Assembly: GCF_964213995.1 (NCBI RefSeq)
Contig: NC_135810.1
Span: forward strand, 9,734,001-9,798,000
Reading direction: 5' to 3'
Origin: Mustelus asterias
Lineage: Eukaryota
Length of the DNA: 64,000 bases
Position 1 is the first letter of the stretch. Each line of letters opens with the position of its first letter. The notes under the pieces are model-generated. The model was not told where the DNA came from, made no database searches, and saw only the letters and a list, made by a program, of their open reading frames with translations. Positions 60,488 to 64,000 of this stretch are shown piece after piece. The position numbers were made by a program, and so were the translations under genes.

Positions 60488-60582
60488 TCCAAAGCAGTTT
60501 TATTCCTAGGAAACTCCGACTGAAACCAAGTACCCAATCCTTCACTTAATCCTTATACTAGGGAAGAAAAAGGAGCATAATG

Positions 60583-60950
60583 GGGGAGGTGATGGCGGAG
60601 TGGTTTTATTGCTAGACTATGAAACTCAGCTAATATTTTGGGAACCCGTGTTCGAATCCCACCATGGCAGATGTTGGAATATGAATTCAATTAAAAAAAC
60701 ATTTTTAAAATCTGGAATTAAGAATCTACTGATGATCGTGAAAGCATAGTCAATTGTCGGAAAAACCCATCTGGTTCACTGGTGTCCTTTTGAGAAGGAA
60801 ATCAGCTGTCCTTACCCGGTCTGGCCTACATGTGACTTCAGAGTCACAGCAATGTGGTTGACTCTCAACTGTCCTCCAAAGGCAACTCGGGATAGACAAT
60901 AAATGCTGGCCCAGCCAGCGACGCCCATGTCCCACAAACGAATACAAAGA
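60583..60950 (+). mobile_element. tRNA-derived SINE with L2-like tail
   Basis: Same family as 11397-11745 and 12790-13148. Confidence 0.75.
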
Positions 60951-62959
60951 ATAGACTATGGATGGGATTTACCGTGTCACCCACCAAATGTTTAGCGGTG
61001 GTGCAACTCCACAGTTATCAACAGGGTTTGCCATTGAATGCTCCCCCTTGCCGCTGGGAAACCTGCGGCGGGAGTGTGCCGTTGGCAGGACTGGAAGATC
61101 CCGCTGGCGTAAACAGCTTGAAAGTTCTGGCCTAGAAGAGCCCTTGCTGTTCACAGCCACCCAGGGAAGCATAAGGAAAATCACTAAATACATGTACAAC
61201 AGCAAAATTACAAGAAACATATTTGTTCCTCTTCATTTCTTAAAAATTTGCTACTCATGAGTCATAAGAAGGCAGGTCCAATGAATGATGACCACCCATA
61301 GTAGTTAAGGTAGCACAAAAAGATAAATTAATAGAGATTTTTAACATCACAGGAGCGCTTGCGAGCAGATGCAGTATCCAATTGTGAGGGAGGCCAAATC
61401 TAGCAAAAATATAATATAATTAATAATAAATCCAATGGGAAATTCAGGAACACTCATCTTGCCCAAAGAATGGGAAGAAGAGAGACCTTGCTACTCTCTG
61501 GAATAATTGCGATAAATAACATAGATACATTTAACGGGATGTTGGCTGGAGAGAGAAAGGAATTGAAGGATGGGCGGGATTTTACGGCCTTGCTCATTTG
61601 GAAACCGTAAAATCCCACCCGAGGTTAAGGGATCTTCCCATGCTCCGCTCCTCACCCGCTCTGATTCCCGTGGCGGGCAGTCCGGTAAAGCATCCAGCCG
61701 ATATGTTGACAGGGTTAAATGAAGGGGAGTGGAAGGAGTCTCTTGTGGAATGTGAACACCAGCACAGCCCAACTTGGGCAAATTTCTTGCAACTGAGCCA
61801 TGAATTCTGTATAAATGGGTGCCTCGGGCATTTCCTTGAATGACTCCTTTAAGAGTGATTGGTCTGCAATTCCTCCGGGCTGCAGAAGCATTTCAGCAAC
61901 ATTGTCCTCAGGATACACACTAATGGCCTGACCTTATTGGCAAGTGACTTCTCCTAACTGCTTTGCTTGCGGTAGAAAAGTTGTGGAGCTTTCAGCAGAC
62001 AAGTTTGATCATGGAGGACCTGGTGGGACTGCACTTCATCAGTACAGGCATCCTGAAGCACCACTTTTCCATAAGCCAATAATTACTCTATGATTATTGA
62101 AGCAGATGCATGGGTTGGAGTGTATCAAATGGCAGCACAGTGGAGACCTGGGCCCGTCTGACATTATGATTCCAGCTCCTATTTCCATTTTAAATATTCA
62201 CCTTGCACAGCCTGTATCTCATACAATGGGATTGTCAGTGCCAGAGACATAAGGGAAATCAGAAGGGCTTGCAGAACTTAACGGCTTCCACTCCAATTTA
62301 AATGGAAGCGTTCACATCTGCTGTGAGGAGATTGCTAGTTTTCCAAGAAAATAATTGAAAGAATTATCAGCCTTCCTGGAGGTGCTATGGAGAGGGATGA
62401 AAGGGGAAAAGCAAGACTAAAAGAAGGAAAAAGCAATGAAGATGCAAAGTGACCATAAGACATGGGAGCAGATATAGGCCATTCGGCCCATTGAGGTTTA
62501 ACATTCAATTTGTGGGAACTAACAACTGGCATTTATAGAATGTTTTTAAGCTGGTAAAATGTTCCGAGCGACAGGGGAATATTATTGAAACAAAATTTTT
62601 ATTTATTTATAGAATGGCAAGCAGCACCAAGCATGCAAAAAGGAAATGAAACCCTTCAGACAACCCATATCTTAAAAACCCGGCCAAACATAAAGTCAAA
62701 ATTAAATTTTCACAGATTGCCCGAATGATTGTTTATGGTTGAAGGTTCGCTTTCCACAGTGGCAGACACTGTGGAATGTGAATTCTCACTGCAACAATCG
62801 TGGCTAGTTGATTCTCATTAGATTCAGAATCCTCCTTTAAGAACTCTTGATTTTCAGCAATAAGGTCTTCTGGTGGGTTTTGAAATCACAAGCAACTCAA
62901 CTGTGATGGGAGATGTTTCAGAGAAGAAGTGAATTGGGGGCTATGGCAGTTGCCCCATG

Positions 62960-63200
62960 ACAATTTATCCCAAAACCCCACATATTTACCCCCGCTAATC
63001 TCTCCAAACTGTACATCTTGGGACACCAAGGGGCAATTTAGCATGACCAATGTACCTCAGCCGCATATCTTTTCGATTGTGGGAGGAAACCAACACACGC
63101 AGAGGAAACCCCCGCAGACACAGGGAGAATGTGACCTTTCAGTCACCTAGGACCCTGGCTCCCTGGCACTGTGAGATAGCAGTGCTAACCACTGTGCTTC
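62960..63200 (-). mobile_element. HE1 SINE (degenerate)
   Basis: Reverse-complement HE1. Confidence 0.7.
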
Positions 63201-64000
63201 TGTGATGCCCACATTTACCAGTTTGCTGTGTGCAGAGTTCTTCCAGACAGTACCAAGATAGGTGGGTGTAGGATGGTGTGGACTGTTCTTCATTGATAAG
63301 GAAGGGGGAGAAAATCGTACTGGTACTCAGGTAAAAGTAACATCTGGCGTCCCCACACAATTATCATTAATTTTGAACTGCTCAATTTCAGGTGGCATGG
63401 CAGCAGAAGAAACAGTTCTTCTCCACAAAGCATCTGTCAGCAGAGCAATAAATAATCAAGTGGGCCTATCTAATCTTGTACACTGAATATAACTCTATCC
63501 TGATTTTAAAAACCCCCCAGCTAACGCTGCGTTTTGTGATAAATTGCACGGGATCCTGTATCACTTCAGATACTGTTAAATTATATCTTGCAAGCACATG
63601 TATACTTAACAAGATGTACAGGGTTTCCCAGTCCTTCCTGCTGGAGATATCTTCCAGTCCTGCCAAAGTTCACCCCCGACCACAGATTCCCTGGCAGTGG
63701 GATGGTGAGCCATGCAAAATCCTGTCGAGTTTGACGGGACAGGAAGATCATGGCGGTGACCAATGGTTCGCCGCATCAGCCGTGAGAAAACTTGCCCCGG
63801 GTGTGGGGGTGGAGGCAAGATAGTCCTGGCCAACGCTTAAAGGTACAGGCACCGGACAACATATCCGGAAAGCCTGAGACTGGACCTGTACCGGATTTGT
63901 GGATTTTCCAGAATTCGGATTGGGGGGGTGAGGGGGGAGAAGATAATAACTAATTAAAACCTAAAGCCGGGCTGATTTCTTTGCCCCAGGAAAGGGTTGA

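Noticed and set aside
5533-63200. Dozens of short ORFs sharing MVSTAASQ / WLALLPHS / GLWEETGAP peptides as a gene family
   Set aside because: All are translations of HE1 SINE copies in various frames.

Overview
Repeat-dominated vertebrate genomic DNA, almost certainly from a shark. This is inferred from the many HE1-type tRNA/V-SINEs with CR1 tails, plus CR1, Rex1/Babar, L2, Tx1, Penelope, Gypsy, PIF/Harbinger and hAT remnants. It looks like a large intron or intergenic region: no complete host gene is recognisable, only a few unassigned candidate exons (best pair on the minus strand at 48084-48632). The most unusual object is at 560-1671. It is a TIR-bounded, PIF/Harbinger-like non-autonomous element carrying two intronless RPL39 copies in inverted orientation that share one frameshift, i.e. 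a Pack-type transposon that could make an RPL39 hairpin RNA. Also notable: (1) a 166-bp Penelope-type palindrome with a minimal hammerhead ribozyme core on each strand (29496-29661), with a core-less relative and a decayed relative elsewhere; (2) a young CR1 with only two ORF2 lesions, inserted in the protease region of an RT-less Gypsy relic; (3) two related solo LTRs with 5-bp TSDs; (4) a triple-nested HE1 SINE; (5) SINEs sharing a head but carrying different LINE tails. All family names come from motif recognition by eye, not database searches. Repeat boundaries are approximate unless a TSD or TIR is quoted.
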